Below, one piece after another: positions 22,756 through 33,578 of a DNA stretch of 35,442 nt (the stretch's first letter is position 1; every line of letters starts with the position of its first letter). The notes beneath the pieces were generated by a model. That model saw only the letters and a list, made by a program, of their open reading frames with translations. It did not search any database and was not told the origin of the DNA. The DNA comes from Octopus sinensis (taxonomy: Eukaryota): NCBI RefSeq assembly GCF_006345805.1, contig NW_021833359.1, positions 1-35,442 of the forward strand. The letters run 5' to 3'. A program made the position numbers and the translations under genes.

Positions 22756-22952
22756 GTGACCTGGTGTGTATCGTTGGCGATTTATTTCCTCCGTCTTCCC
22801 TTCCTTGGATCTCTCCTTCTATGTTTCTAACGAAGAGCTCCGCTCGAAACATTAAATCCTTCTTTCTTTCCTTTCCTGGGCGTCCAATAACACTATACTT
22901 GTTCTACATCCACGCATTGTTGTGTCTTCTCTTTGTGTTTTCATGTTTGGCT

Positions 22953-22956
<4 letters not shown>
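22756..22956 (+). mobile_element. family H1 hammerhead-bearing element, copy 2
   Basis: GTTT-CTAACGA-A-GAGC-TCC-GCTC-GAAAC-ATT-AAAT at 22823-22857. Aligns to 3320-3478 in reverse. TA/TG flanks. Confidence 0.75.
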
Positions 22957-22993
<37 letters not shown>

Positions 22994-23297
22994 TATGATT
23001 TCACTTAGCAATACTAATAACCTGCTGTTAGAACTCAGTATACAAATGCTTCAGAATAGAGCGTTAGGCCAATAAACAACGTATTATAAAGTTAATTGAA
23101 TGAAAAAAGAACAGTAATTCTCCAATCAACTTCATTCGCTTCATTAGCTTCCTGTAAAAGCTATAAGATGATGCACAAGCACCTACTTCCCAGTGCACTG
23201 TTTCTTAAAGCAGAAACAGCTATAAGCTAAAGAGGTTTTATGTATGTATGTATCTATATATTTATATATATTATATAATGTAATATGTATATATATT

Positions 23298-23328
<31 letters not shown>

Positions 23329-23428
23329 CATATATATACGTATATCTATGCTATCTATTATGGATATATATAATATAACATATATATTCATATGTATGTA
23401 ATATTATATATATATATATATATATATC

Positions 23429-23474
<46 letters not shown>

Positions 23475-23599
23475 ATATATACATACCTTCCCACACAAAC
23501 GCACAAAGACTCGACACGTATATCAAAATAAGTGTTATAAGTAAACCGAAACTATTTACAGGTAAATGGAAAGACAGCAAATATGTTTCCAGACATAAG

Positions 23600-23804
23600 T
23601 GCTTAGCAATTTAATTTCTTTCAGATAGAGTTAACGGTTATAGTTTTACAAAAAATATACAACAAAGTCACCACACAAGCAGACATATTATATTATTATA
23701 TAGCAACAAAATGTCTTTCATATATTGATGGCTAATACATTAAACTTGTGGGCATACGTGAGTGTACGTGTATGTGTGTGTGTGCATATTATATATGCAT
23801 GTGC

Positions 23805-23850
<46 letters not shown>

Positions 23851-24280
23851 TTATACATATATAGGTATATACCTATACACATATACAAACATATATATAA
23901 ATGTAAATAATGTGTGTGTGTGTATATATATCTATATAGTTGCATGGAAATAAAAGTGTCTTTCAGAAACTGGTTGTCATAATTGATAGTAGTACAAAAT
24001 ATATTCAAATACTCACCACTTAAGAGGACATAAATAGTTCCATAACAACGATTATCTTTCAGGTATTAGCGGTTATAATAGCTAGTACAATATACATTTG
24101 CATACTCACCACATTTACAGAGACAAGTAGTTACATAATAATACAATACGTTTCAGATATTTGTGGCTATAATAGTTTGCAGTACAAGATGCATTCAGAT
24201 GCTTATCACCTAACATAGACATACATATTTATATAGTGAAACAATATCTTTGAAACAGTAATAGTTGTAATAGTTGAATT
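23600..24280. repeat. old degenerate ~95-bp tandem repeat (4-5 units, one interrupted by microsatellite)
   Basis: AGTACAA recurs at about 23990, 24083 and 24180. ACTCACCAC, TCTTTCAG and GGTTATAATAG recur with the same period. Confidence 0.55.
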
Positions 24281-24557
24281 GAAGTAATACCCTCGTTGGA
24301 GCACATATAGCGTCACATTAGTTTTATCTATCTGTAAAGCCCCATAATAGTGCCAGTATGCAGGGAAACACACACGCATTTCCTATCATTCACTCGCACA
24401 TATACACGGTCCTTGGAGACCGATGTCGTTAAAAGGAAGGAATAATGCAAAAGGATAAGATATAACTACAAGCAAACGCACTATCAAACGTATAACCATA
24501 ATACAGACATATGTATAGGCAGATATATACATACGAACATATATACATACACACACA

Positions 24558-24634
<77 letters not shown>

Positions 24635-24645
24635 CTATATATATA

Positions 24646-25004
24646 TACTCTTTTACTCTTTTACCTGTTTCAGTCATTTGACTGCGGCCATGCTGGAGCA
24701 CCGCCTTTGTAAGCCCAGTACTTATTCTATCGGTCTCTTTTGCCGAACCGCTAAGTGACGGGGACGTAAACACACCAGCATCGGTTGTCAAGCAATGCTA
24801 GGGGGACAAACACAAACACACACACACATACATATATATACATATATACATATATACGACAGGCTTCTTTCAGTTTCCGTCTACCAAATCCACTCACAAG
24901 GCATTGGTCGGCCCGGGGCTATAGCAGAAGACACTTGCCCAAGGTGCCATGCAGTGGGACTGAACCCGGAACCATGTGGTTGGTTAGAAAGCTACTTACC
25001 ACAC
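24646..25004 (-). mobile_element. SINE family A, young copy with 34-bp deletion and clipped head
   Basis: Nearly identical to 31946-32393 except for the loss of AATCGAGC...TATTCTTTT between two CTTT tracts. Confidence 0.92.
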
Positions 25005-25011
25005 ATATATA

Positions 25012-25455
25012 CCGTATATCCTCGTGTATAATCCGCATTCCCCCCCTCCCAAATTTAAAGGTCAAAATCCCTAGTGCGTGCTATATACGAGGCTAAAAAT
25101 GAAAATTATTTTTAAGCAATGTCCGAGTCTCTATTTGCTGTGATATAGGGCGCGAAATTATCTTAAGCTAAGCCTGAAATCAATGAAGTCATAAAAGAAT
25201 CAGCCATAACTTGCAGTAAGCAACATTTATTAAACGTTATTACTGTTATTTCTTTATTTTCTGCAAACAAAATGCACAAAAAAGCTACACGTTTGCATTA
25301 TGTTATATATACAATAATAATAAAGGACGTTACTGTATACATTTTTACAAAGCAAGGACGTTATATAGACCTCCTTGACTCAAGTTAGAGAAGGAGTGCG
25401 TATTATACACGAGGTTTATTATACTCAAGGGCGGACTATACTCGAGGATTTACGG
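25012..25455. mobile_element. pogo/Tigger-like Tc1-mariner MITE
   Basis: TIRs CCGTATATCCTCGTGTATAATCCGC versus CCGTAAATCCTCGAGTATAGTCCGC (22/25), TA on both sides, no ORF. Confidence 0.85.
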
Positions 25456-25480
25456 TATATATATATATATATATATATAT

Positions 25481-26590
25481 ATCCTTAAATCCTTAAAAAT
25501 GTTTTAGCCCGAAGGCCGCGGCCATGCTGGGGCACCACCGCTGAATGAGCTACACTAGTTTGTGAATCCACCTCTGATACGTGGCACTTGATCAACAAGG
25601 GAGTTCGATGCTGCTGCCCGCATCCGTGTCTCCTGTCGTGAGGTAGGTTCATCTGGGACTCCCAACAAGAAGAGATCCGGTTTAGTTTTAAAGAAACCCA
25701 CATCCACACCATGTAAGTCTCTCAGGCATTTAGGGAGGATGTTAAAGAGCTGTGGTCCTCTGAAACCCAAGCTGTTGCAGTATCTGGACCTGTATTTTGC
25801 TGGTGATGTTGGAATCCTTGGCACCACGCAGCGGCGCCCCGTTCTGCGGTTGGAGTAACTTTGAATGCCAAAGTTTGGGACAAGACCCTCCAGGATTTTC
25901 CAGATGTATATCACTGCATATCTCTCCCGCCTCCGCTCCAGGGAGAAGAGGTTTAATACCTTCAGTCTTTCCCAGTAGCTGACATTTTGCATTGAGACGA
26001 TTTTCTTTGTGTAGCTTCTCTGAGTTGCTTCGAGTTCTGCTGTTTGTTTTATATTGTGTGGTGACCAAATTGGGAGCAGTAGTCCAAGCGGCTGAGGACA
26101 AATGTTTTCCATAGGACCATCAGTGTCTCCTTCTCTCTTGTTCTGAAAGTTCGGAGAATCCATCCAGCTAGCCGTCTGCATTTTATCACCAGATTAGCAA
26201 TATGCATTTGGAAAGATGCATCATTGCTCATGTCAATGCCCAGGTCACGCACTGATTTTGACTCAGGGATTGCAATTCTTCCTGGGCCAGTGTATCCAGT
26301 CTTCACGTCATTTACCTTTGTGTGCCAGTAGCGCAGGGCCTGGAACTTACCTGCATTAAACTGCATGTTGTTGTCCTCAGCCCACCTGTATATTGTGTCC
26401 AGCTCATGTTGCAGATGCGCAATATTTTCAGGGTTTTGTATTGCGTGGGAGACTTTTGTGTCATCTGCATAGCTAGCAAGGGTGGTCATCGTAGCAACTG
26501 AAGGCATGTCTGAAAGGGCCACTATGAACATCAGTGGCCCCAAGACAGTGCCCTGTGGGACACCGCTTGTTATTTGCGTTTCCCTGGAGG
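25481..26590 (-). mobile_element. 5'-truncated CR1-like LINE (RT domain to 3' tail)
   Basis: SGVPQGTVLGPLMF...SYADDTK...YRWAEDNNMQFNAGKFQ...RDLGI...SRLDYCSQ, one frameshift near 26070, then WSPH...QRSYTKKI...SLERRRERY...GPQLFNILPKCLR. Ends with a 3' UTR hairpin and (TTAAGGAT)n tail. (TA)n on both sides. Confidence 0.92.
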
Positions 26591-26604
26591 TATATATATA
26601 TATA

Positions 26605-26790
26605 TACTTCTAATATAAGGAATAAATTTTTAAAAATTCCTCAGTGGCCAGCATATTAAAATACATTTTAAGAAGAAAATTATAAACAATTATGAATAAG
26701 GGAAAAAGAAAAAAATCTGCCAATATGCTGAAAACTAGGTCTATTTTCAACATATTGGTAGAGAAATTTTTTTTCCTTTTGCCCTTATTT
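26605..26790. repeat. TA-embedded short element with internal ~40-bp-arm hairpin (related to 33780-33920)
   Basis: Inverted arms at 26695-26734 and 26744-26789. CCAGCATATTAAAA, TATAAACAAT and GCCCTTATTTA are shared with 33780-33920. Confidence 0.65.
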
Positions 26791-27172
26791 ATATATATAT
26801 TCCCTCACATACACACACACACGTAAACACACACACACGCACACATACATATACATACACATATGCATGCAGGTGTATGCGCGCGTACTTGTATATGAGT
26901 ATATAAGTGTGTGTGTGTGTGTGTGCTTGCATGTAGAAGAAAAATACACCAAAGGAATTACAAAAATCCTAATGACTTCACTAATATTCACCACCACCAA
27001 CCAGATGTTCGACTTGAAGAACTTTCGCAGTTTCGGTGTTGCAGACGGTACAGCTTCACTTTGGATGTACACCAACAATTTTGGATACAGATGTTAAGAA
27101 TTGGGCCGGCGAAAACCGGACAAATTCTTAACAGCTTTATCCTAAGTTTTTGATATCATTCCAGAAAATATA

Positions 27173-27404
27173 TATTTCTTTACTACCCACAAGGGGCTAA
27201 ACATAGAGGGGACAAACAAAGACAGACAAAGGGATTAAGTCGATTACATGGACCCCGGTGCTTAACTGGTACTTAATTTATCGACCCCGAAAGGATGAAA
27301 GGCAAAGTCGAACTCGACGGAATTTGAACTCAGAATGTAACGACAGACGAAATTCGGCTACGCATTTCGCCCGGCGTGCTAACGTTTCTGCCAGCTCGCC
27401 GCCC
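27173..27404 (-). mobile_element. SINE family B (Nin/Deu-domain-like), intact, 14-bp TSD
   Basis: tRNA-like head GGCGGCGAGCTGGCAGAAACGTTAG...GAGTTCAAATTCC and central GCCTTTCATCCTTTCGGGGTCGATAAATTAAGTACCAG. TSD TTCCAGAAAATATA at 27159-27172 and 27405-27418. Confidence 0.9.
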
Positions 27405-27469
27405 TTCCAGAAAATATAGTTAAACATTTTATCATGCTGAACCCTTAATCCATACATATCTTTTAATCC

Positions 27470-27702
27470 ACACATGTCTTTTCTCTCTCCGTTTTTGTTT
27501 TGTTCTCTCTCCATTTTCCACTCTCCATCCTTTTTGTCGAAGAGTGTATGCTCGAAACGTCAAAGACTTTTCTATTCTTCATGAGAGTCAAACTAATACA
27601 CCTGTTTGTTGTTCTTTAAGCTGTCTTCGTCTTTTGTTTTCTGTAAATTCGACCTATATATGTATGTATATTAGGCGCAGGAGTAGCTATGTGGTAAGAA
27701 GC
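27470..27702 (+). mobile_element. family H2 element copy 2 followed by a clipped SINE A head
   Basis: Aligns to 22010-22230, including the downstream GGCGCAGGAGTAGCTATGTGGTAAGAAGC. Confidence 0.75.
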
Positions 27703-27858
27703 GACCCCACCCCATGCATGATTGCTATTTATTTGCCGTCCCTGAAAGGACGAAGAGCAAAATCCTCCTCGGCTGTATTTAAACTCACTAAGTACAGTCG
27801 AAAGAAATGGCACTAAGAATTTTGTCCAGCGTAGTAACGATTCACAACCTCGCCGCCC
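27700..27858 (-). mobile_element. SINE family B, highly diverged
   Basis: CCCTGAAAGGACGAAGAGCAAA...TAAGAATTTTGTCCAGCGTAGTAACGATTC...CTCGCCGCC aligns loosely to 27280-27404. Confidence 0.55.
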
Positions 27859-27963
27859 CAATCATTACAACATGAAAGTAATACTAGTACTTTCTACTAC
27901 AAGCACAAGGCCTGGAATTTTATAAAGTATTTATAAATCGTTTTTTGCTATTTTTGTTTAGAG

Positions 27964-29052
27964 ATGGATAAGTCGAGAATTCGTACAGTTTTGAAATATG
28001 AGTTCTTTCTTGGAAATACAGCATCACAGACAGCTCGGAATATTACTGGAGTATTTCATTCTAATGCTATTACACAGCAGACAGTATCAAATTTGGTTTG
28101 CAAAATTTCATTCTGGTAACTTTGACTTCATAAATGAGCAACGCGGTCGACCAGAAACAAAAGTCGACCAAGAAACAATGGCGAACTGAAAACCACCGTC
28201 GAGTCAGATCCATCTCAAAGTGCCCGTGAAATATCGTTTGGGTGTTAGAAAGCAAACAATATTGACTCACTTAGCTCAAATCGATAAAGGGAATAAGTTG
28301 GATAAGTGGGTTCCACATGAACTCAATGTAAATCAGAAACAGCAAAGTTTGGAAGCCTGCATTATCACAAAAATGAATCAGTTTTGAATCGAATTGTAAC
28401 ATATGATGAGAAATGGATCCAATACAACAACCGTAATCGTTCAGCACAATGGTTGGACAAAACCGAGCCATCAAAACACAGTCCAAAAAGCAAAATTCAT
28501 CAAAAGAAGCTGATGGTGTTTTTGGTGGCCTGGCGCTGGTGTGATCCATTATGATTTCATCACACCTGGCTCATCAATCACGGCCGAAGTATACTGCAGC
28601 CAACTGGACCAAATGATGCAGAAAAAAAAAACACAGCCTAGATTAGTCAATAGATTCACTCCTATTTTATTGCAAGACAACGCCAGGCCACACATCGCAA
28701 AAATGACATTGGTGAAACTACAGGAGTTTGAGTTGGAAGTTCTCCATCATCCACCATACTCACCTGATTTTGCCACTGACTACCATTTCGGATAACTGCC
28801 ACACTTGGATAACTTTTTTATAGGAAAAAATATTAATTCCGACGATGCTGTAAAACAGGCCTTCCAAGATTTTATCGACTCTAGATGGCCTGGCTTTTAC
28901 AGTTCCGAGCTGGACAAGCTACCGCTGAAATGGCAAAAGTGTATTGACAATATGGGTGCATACTTCAATGAATAAAACTATTCCTTATATTTTAAACACA
29001 TTAGCAAACTTTTTTCTTTTCTACAAATTTCATACTTGACGACATATTAATA
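27964..29052 (+). mobile_element. mariner element (cecropia/Hsmar1-like), near-full-length transposase pseudogene
   Basis: ATG at 27964: MDKSRIRTVLKYEF...RGRP, WVPHEL, VTYDEKWI, LLQDNARPH, HPPYSPDFATDYHF, KWQKCIDNMGAYF to the stop at 28975. Frameshifts present. Possible 3' TIR at about 29024-29052, 5' TIR not seen. Confidence 0.92.
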
Positions 29053-29069
29053 ATGATGATGATGATAAT

Positions 29070-29088
29070 AATAATAAGAATAATAAGA

Positions 29089-29150
<62 letters not shown>

Positions 29151-29152
29151 CA
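29070..29152. repeat. (AAT)/(ATT)n microsatellite
   Basis: Direct reading. Confidence 0.95.
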
Positions 29153-29299
29153 TTCAGTAGTTATATTTTTATAACGTGCTTTCACTTCATTACCCAGCGC
29201 AGCTCTGTGTGCTTTGGGTATGTGCCGTGATTTGTTGTGATGCTCTGATGGTTACTGTATTGAAAGTGCTCTGCGTAGGGTTATTATTATTATTATTAT

Positions 29300-29475
29300 T
29301 TCAACTCTTGGCACAAAGCCTTGGAATTTTGTGGGCAAGGGGGCTATTCGATTATATCGACCCCAGTACGCAATTGGTCATTATTTCAGCGACCACGAAA
29401 GGATGAAAGGCAAAGTCGACCTCGGCGGATTTGAACTTAGAACGAAATACCGCTAAGCATTCTGTCAGCTCACCA
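29300..29475 (-). mobile_element. SINE family B, diverged copy
   Basis: GATTATATCGACCCCAGTACGCAATTGGT...GAAAGGATGAAAGGCAAAGTCGACCTCGGCGGATTTGAACT aligns to 27240-27330. Confidence 0.82.
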
Positions 29476-29480
29476 CATCA

Positions 29481-29481
<1 letters not shown>

Positions 29482-29552
<71 letters not shown>

Positions 29553-29553
29553 A
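29482..29553. repeat. (TAA)n(GAA)n microsatellite
   Basis: Direct reading. Confidence 0.95.
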
Positions 29554-29559
29554 ACTTTG

Positions 29560-29795
29560 TTTAAGGGCTTGCTACCTTAGCTCCAACTATAGCTAGGAAT
29601 GATTGAATTAGCTAAAAATTCACTGGATACAATTGCAAATCTTATAGTATAGGGTATGCTAAAATCTTGTATGAAGAGCATTGTCTACCACTTATCAGAA
29701 CAAAAGACGGAACACTGTTATGGGATTTCAACCATTCCATGCTGACCACATTATAAGCGCAATTCGGCCAGATATTATTATCGGAGATAAATTAT
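29560..29795 (+). pseudogene. probable R4/Dong-clade LINE relic (restriction-like endonuclease region)
   Basis: Broken reading TLAPT.....TLLWDFN..(T)DHIISAIRPDIII.DK resembles the RLE-LINE motif ILWDF.IQTD..I..RRPDI...DK. Confidence 0.5.
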
Positions 29796-29919
29796 CAAAG
29801 ATAAATTATTAAATGGAGAGTACGCGTATATGCAAAATGCGTGTAAAGGCAAAATAAGCGTGTACAGGTTCATTCATGTGTGTGTGTGTGTTTGTATGTG
29901 TGCATGTGTGTGTGTTTGC

Positions 29920-30073
29920 TTTTAATTGTTTCAGCCATTGAACTGCGGCAATACTGGGTTCGTCCTCGAAGATTTTCAGGCAGACGCTAGGTTAAAGGAC
30001 GTCAACAAGCGATATAAAAAGACAGACGCAAACACATAAACATACATACACTTTGCGTGCGCACACTTATCTA

Positions 30074-30138
<65 letters not shown>

Positions 30139-30266
30139 GACGCGCTTGTTCCAGTTTCCGTTTCCGTCTGCCACATCCACTCAGAAAGTGTTGCTTGCGC
30201 AGGAATACAGCCAAGGTGTTACGCTGTGTGATTGAACCTGAAACCATTTGGTTAGGAAGCAAACTT

Positions 30267-30270
<4 letters not shown>
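29920..30270 (-). mobile_element. SINE family A, old diverged copy
   Basis: Tail TTGTTTCAGCCATTGAACTGCGGC at about 29925 and 5' half CCAAGGTGTTACGC...GAACCTGAAACCATTTGG at 30140-30265. Confidence 0.65.
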
Positions 30271-30422
<152 letters not shown>

Positions 30423-30609
30423 ATACACACACACAAGGAAAGATAGAAAGTGGAACAAATTTATAAGTGTAGTTACACTATATCGAAAAATCTATTCCCT
30501 AATTATTTAATTAGCATATTATGAAGAAGATATTAAAATAATTAGCGTTGCATAAATTAATCATTAGAGAGAAGGTATTTATACTTATATATGTATAAAT
30601 ACATGTATA

Positions 30610-30645
<36 letters not shown>

Positions 30646-31072
30646 TGTATATGTATGTATGTATGTATATATATGTATGTATGTATGTATGTATATATAA
30701 TATATATATATGTATATATATATATACATATATACACACAAACATGCATACTTACACATAATTAAATAACTACGCATATCTATCTATAGGTGCTTATTTA
30801 TAAATATATATTTATACTTAAATGTGTTATTCATATACAGATTGAGTGATATATGCATTGATGAATCGATGGATCGATCAACCGAAAGATATTCGTGTAT
30901 GTAACCAAGGAGTTAAAGAGATATATTTTGTGTACTTTATATGAGTATGTACTTGCTTCTATGAAGTACATACTCGTTCTCAGTGTACGACAAGATAGTT
31001 TTGTATCATTGCTTCCTCTCTGTTCTGTCTGCCTGTCTGTCGCTTCCCTTTTCCTTTGTATAAGTTGATGCA

Positions 31073-31117
<45 letters not shown>

Positions 31118-31253
31118 ATGTGTGTATGAGTAATAATTTTACGTTTGGATATGCACCTTGTAGCATGGCGTTTGAAGCCTGTTCAATGCATTCAGCTACC
31201 TGATGTCATCAGCAGTTTGGATATTAAGGCCACTGGATTTGCTTAAATATGCG

Positions 31254-31730
<477 letters not shown>

Positions 31731-31734
31731 GGAA

Positions 31735-33120
31735 CAATACTAAGAGTTTGTTGTGATGGTGTTGTAATCCCCATTTATAACAGGAAAGGAACACCAGATA
31801 AATGTAGGACATTCAAGAGGAATCACACTCTTATATCTTTGCCGGCAAAGTACTTAGTGATGTTCTCCTCGCACGATTACACAATAAAATTTAACTGACT
31901 GCTCTCCCAGAATCACAATATGGTTTTAGACCAAATAGGGGTACTATACTCTTTTACTCTTTTACTTGTTTCAGTCATTTGACTGCGGCCATGCTGGAGC
32001 ACTGCCTTTAATCGAGCAACTCGACCCCGGGACTTATTCTTTTGTAAGCCCAGTACTTATTCTATCGGTCTCTTTTGCCGAACCGCTAAGTGACGGGGTC
32101 ATAAACACACCAGCATCGGTTGTCAAGCAATGCTAGGGGGACAAACACAGACACACAAACACACACACGCATATATATATATAATATATATATATATATT
32201 ATATATATATTATATATATATATACATATATACGACAGGCTTCTTTCAGTTTCTGTCTACCAAATCCCTCACAAGGCATTGGTCGGCCCGGGGCTATAGC
32301 AGAAGACACTTGCCCAAGGTGCCACGCAGTGGGACTGAACCCGGAACCATGTGGTTGGTTAGCAAGCTACTTACCATACAGCCACTCCTGCGCGAATATA
32401 TTCTTTTCTGAACATCAGGTTCAAGAAAAATGTTGAGAACAAAATCTAGATTTAGTTAGTTGATTTAACAAGCCGTACTTGTAAGTGCAGTCGAAGATCG
32501 CAGGAAAGATGTATATATTCATTAAGGAAGCATCGCCAAATTATTTAATTTGGAGATGTTATCAGCAAAAACAAAGACGGTTGGCTTTCTAATAAGAGAT
32601 TTATTATATGCAGATGACTGTGAGCTGATCATTCAATCAGGGACACGTAACACCAAATGCTTAAACTTGATGAATCCTGTATGGCCTTTGGGCTAACAAT
32701 AATTGTAGATAAAACCGTTGTTATGTTTCAACCAGCTTCAAACTCATTATGGACCTGAGATTTTCCTTCAACACACAAAACTGAATGCTGTGGATAAATT
32801 TACATATCTTAGAACTGTGCTGAATTGTGTGTTTGTTATTTAGATGAAATAACGAATCGTTTTCAAAAAGTATCTGAGGCTTTCAAGAATTTTCAAGGGC
32901 GAGTTTAGTCTAATAGAGATATTACCAAAAAACACAAAGGTTGCAGAGTACAGTGCTTGGGTGCTTTTCTTCTTTACTCATGTGAATCATGGACAGTATA
33001 TAAGAAGCACCTCAAATTATTAAAGCTATTTCATCAGTGATGTTTGCGCTCTATACTGAAATTCAAATGGGTGCACTAAGTATCAGATTCTGGAGTACCT
33101 GCGTGCGCTAGTGTGGATGG
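31735..33120 (+). pseudogene. RTE-clade LINE relic split by a SINE
   Basis: VVIPIYNRKG...RGITLL...GKVL...ESQYGFRPNRGT | SINE | ..QVQEKC*EQN...LFNL...IRDLLYADDC...AFGLTI...VDKFTYL...YSCESWTVYKKHLKLL..FHQ*CLRSILK. Confidence 0.85.
31946..32393 (-). mobile_element. SINE family A (full length, young)
   Basis: Complete from head GCGCAGGAGTGGCTG to the (TAAAAGAG)n tail on the minus strand. Confidence 0.93.
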
Positions 33121-33430
33121 TACCGGACGTCACCAACAGTAAACAACATGGAATGCGAAAAGAATACTCAAACAAATGGAAAACAGAACAAGTAACATAA
33201 AGAACGAGACCTCAACAGTTGTCGGCTGTCTATCTACGCCTCATTTCGAGCATTGAACGACAATATGAGTCTTCGAAGACAGTTGCTCCTATAAGTACGA
33301 AAATAAAATTTGGGATTAATGGAGGGTCAAAGTTGAGAACAAAAACAGGACAGTGGAGATATATAAGGAAACCTAAAGAAAACAAACATGAAGGTTCGTT
33401 ACACCAGAACGAGGATAAAACAGCGAAAGC
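33120..33430 (-). mobile_element. TA-flanked unclassified repeat with degenerate GAAGA...GCTCGAAA motif
   Basis: Partial similarity to 9060-9268. Minus strand CTTCGAAGACTCATATTGTCGTTCAATGCTCGAAATGAGG. Confidence 0.3.
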
Positions 33431-33578
33431 TGGAGAAATATTTTCTTTGATATATATATATATATATATATATATACGTATATATATATGTATAATAATA
33501 AATATTAGGGAATAAATCCAAATTTACAGGGAAAAATCAGATTTAGGATTGAATCCAATTTTATAGTAAATATAATAT

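Noticed and set aside
26785-27153. ORFs with a hydrophobic stretch (IWLVVVNISEVIRIFVIPLVYF) suggesting a membrane-protein exon
   Set aside because: No clear splice sites, runs into microsatellite and shows no recognisable family motif.
30943-30975. 12-bp perfect hairpin GAGTATGTACTT/AAGTACATACTC
   Set aside because: Short, in AT-rich low-complexity context, and plausible by chance or from microsatellite-derived sequence.
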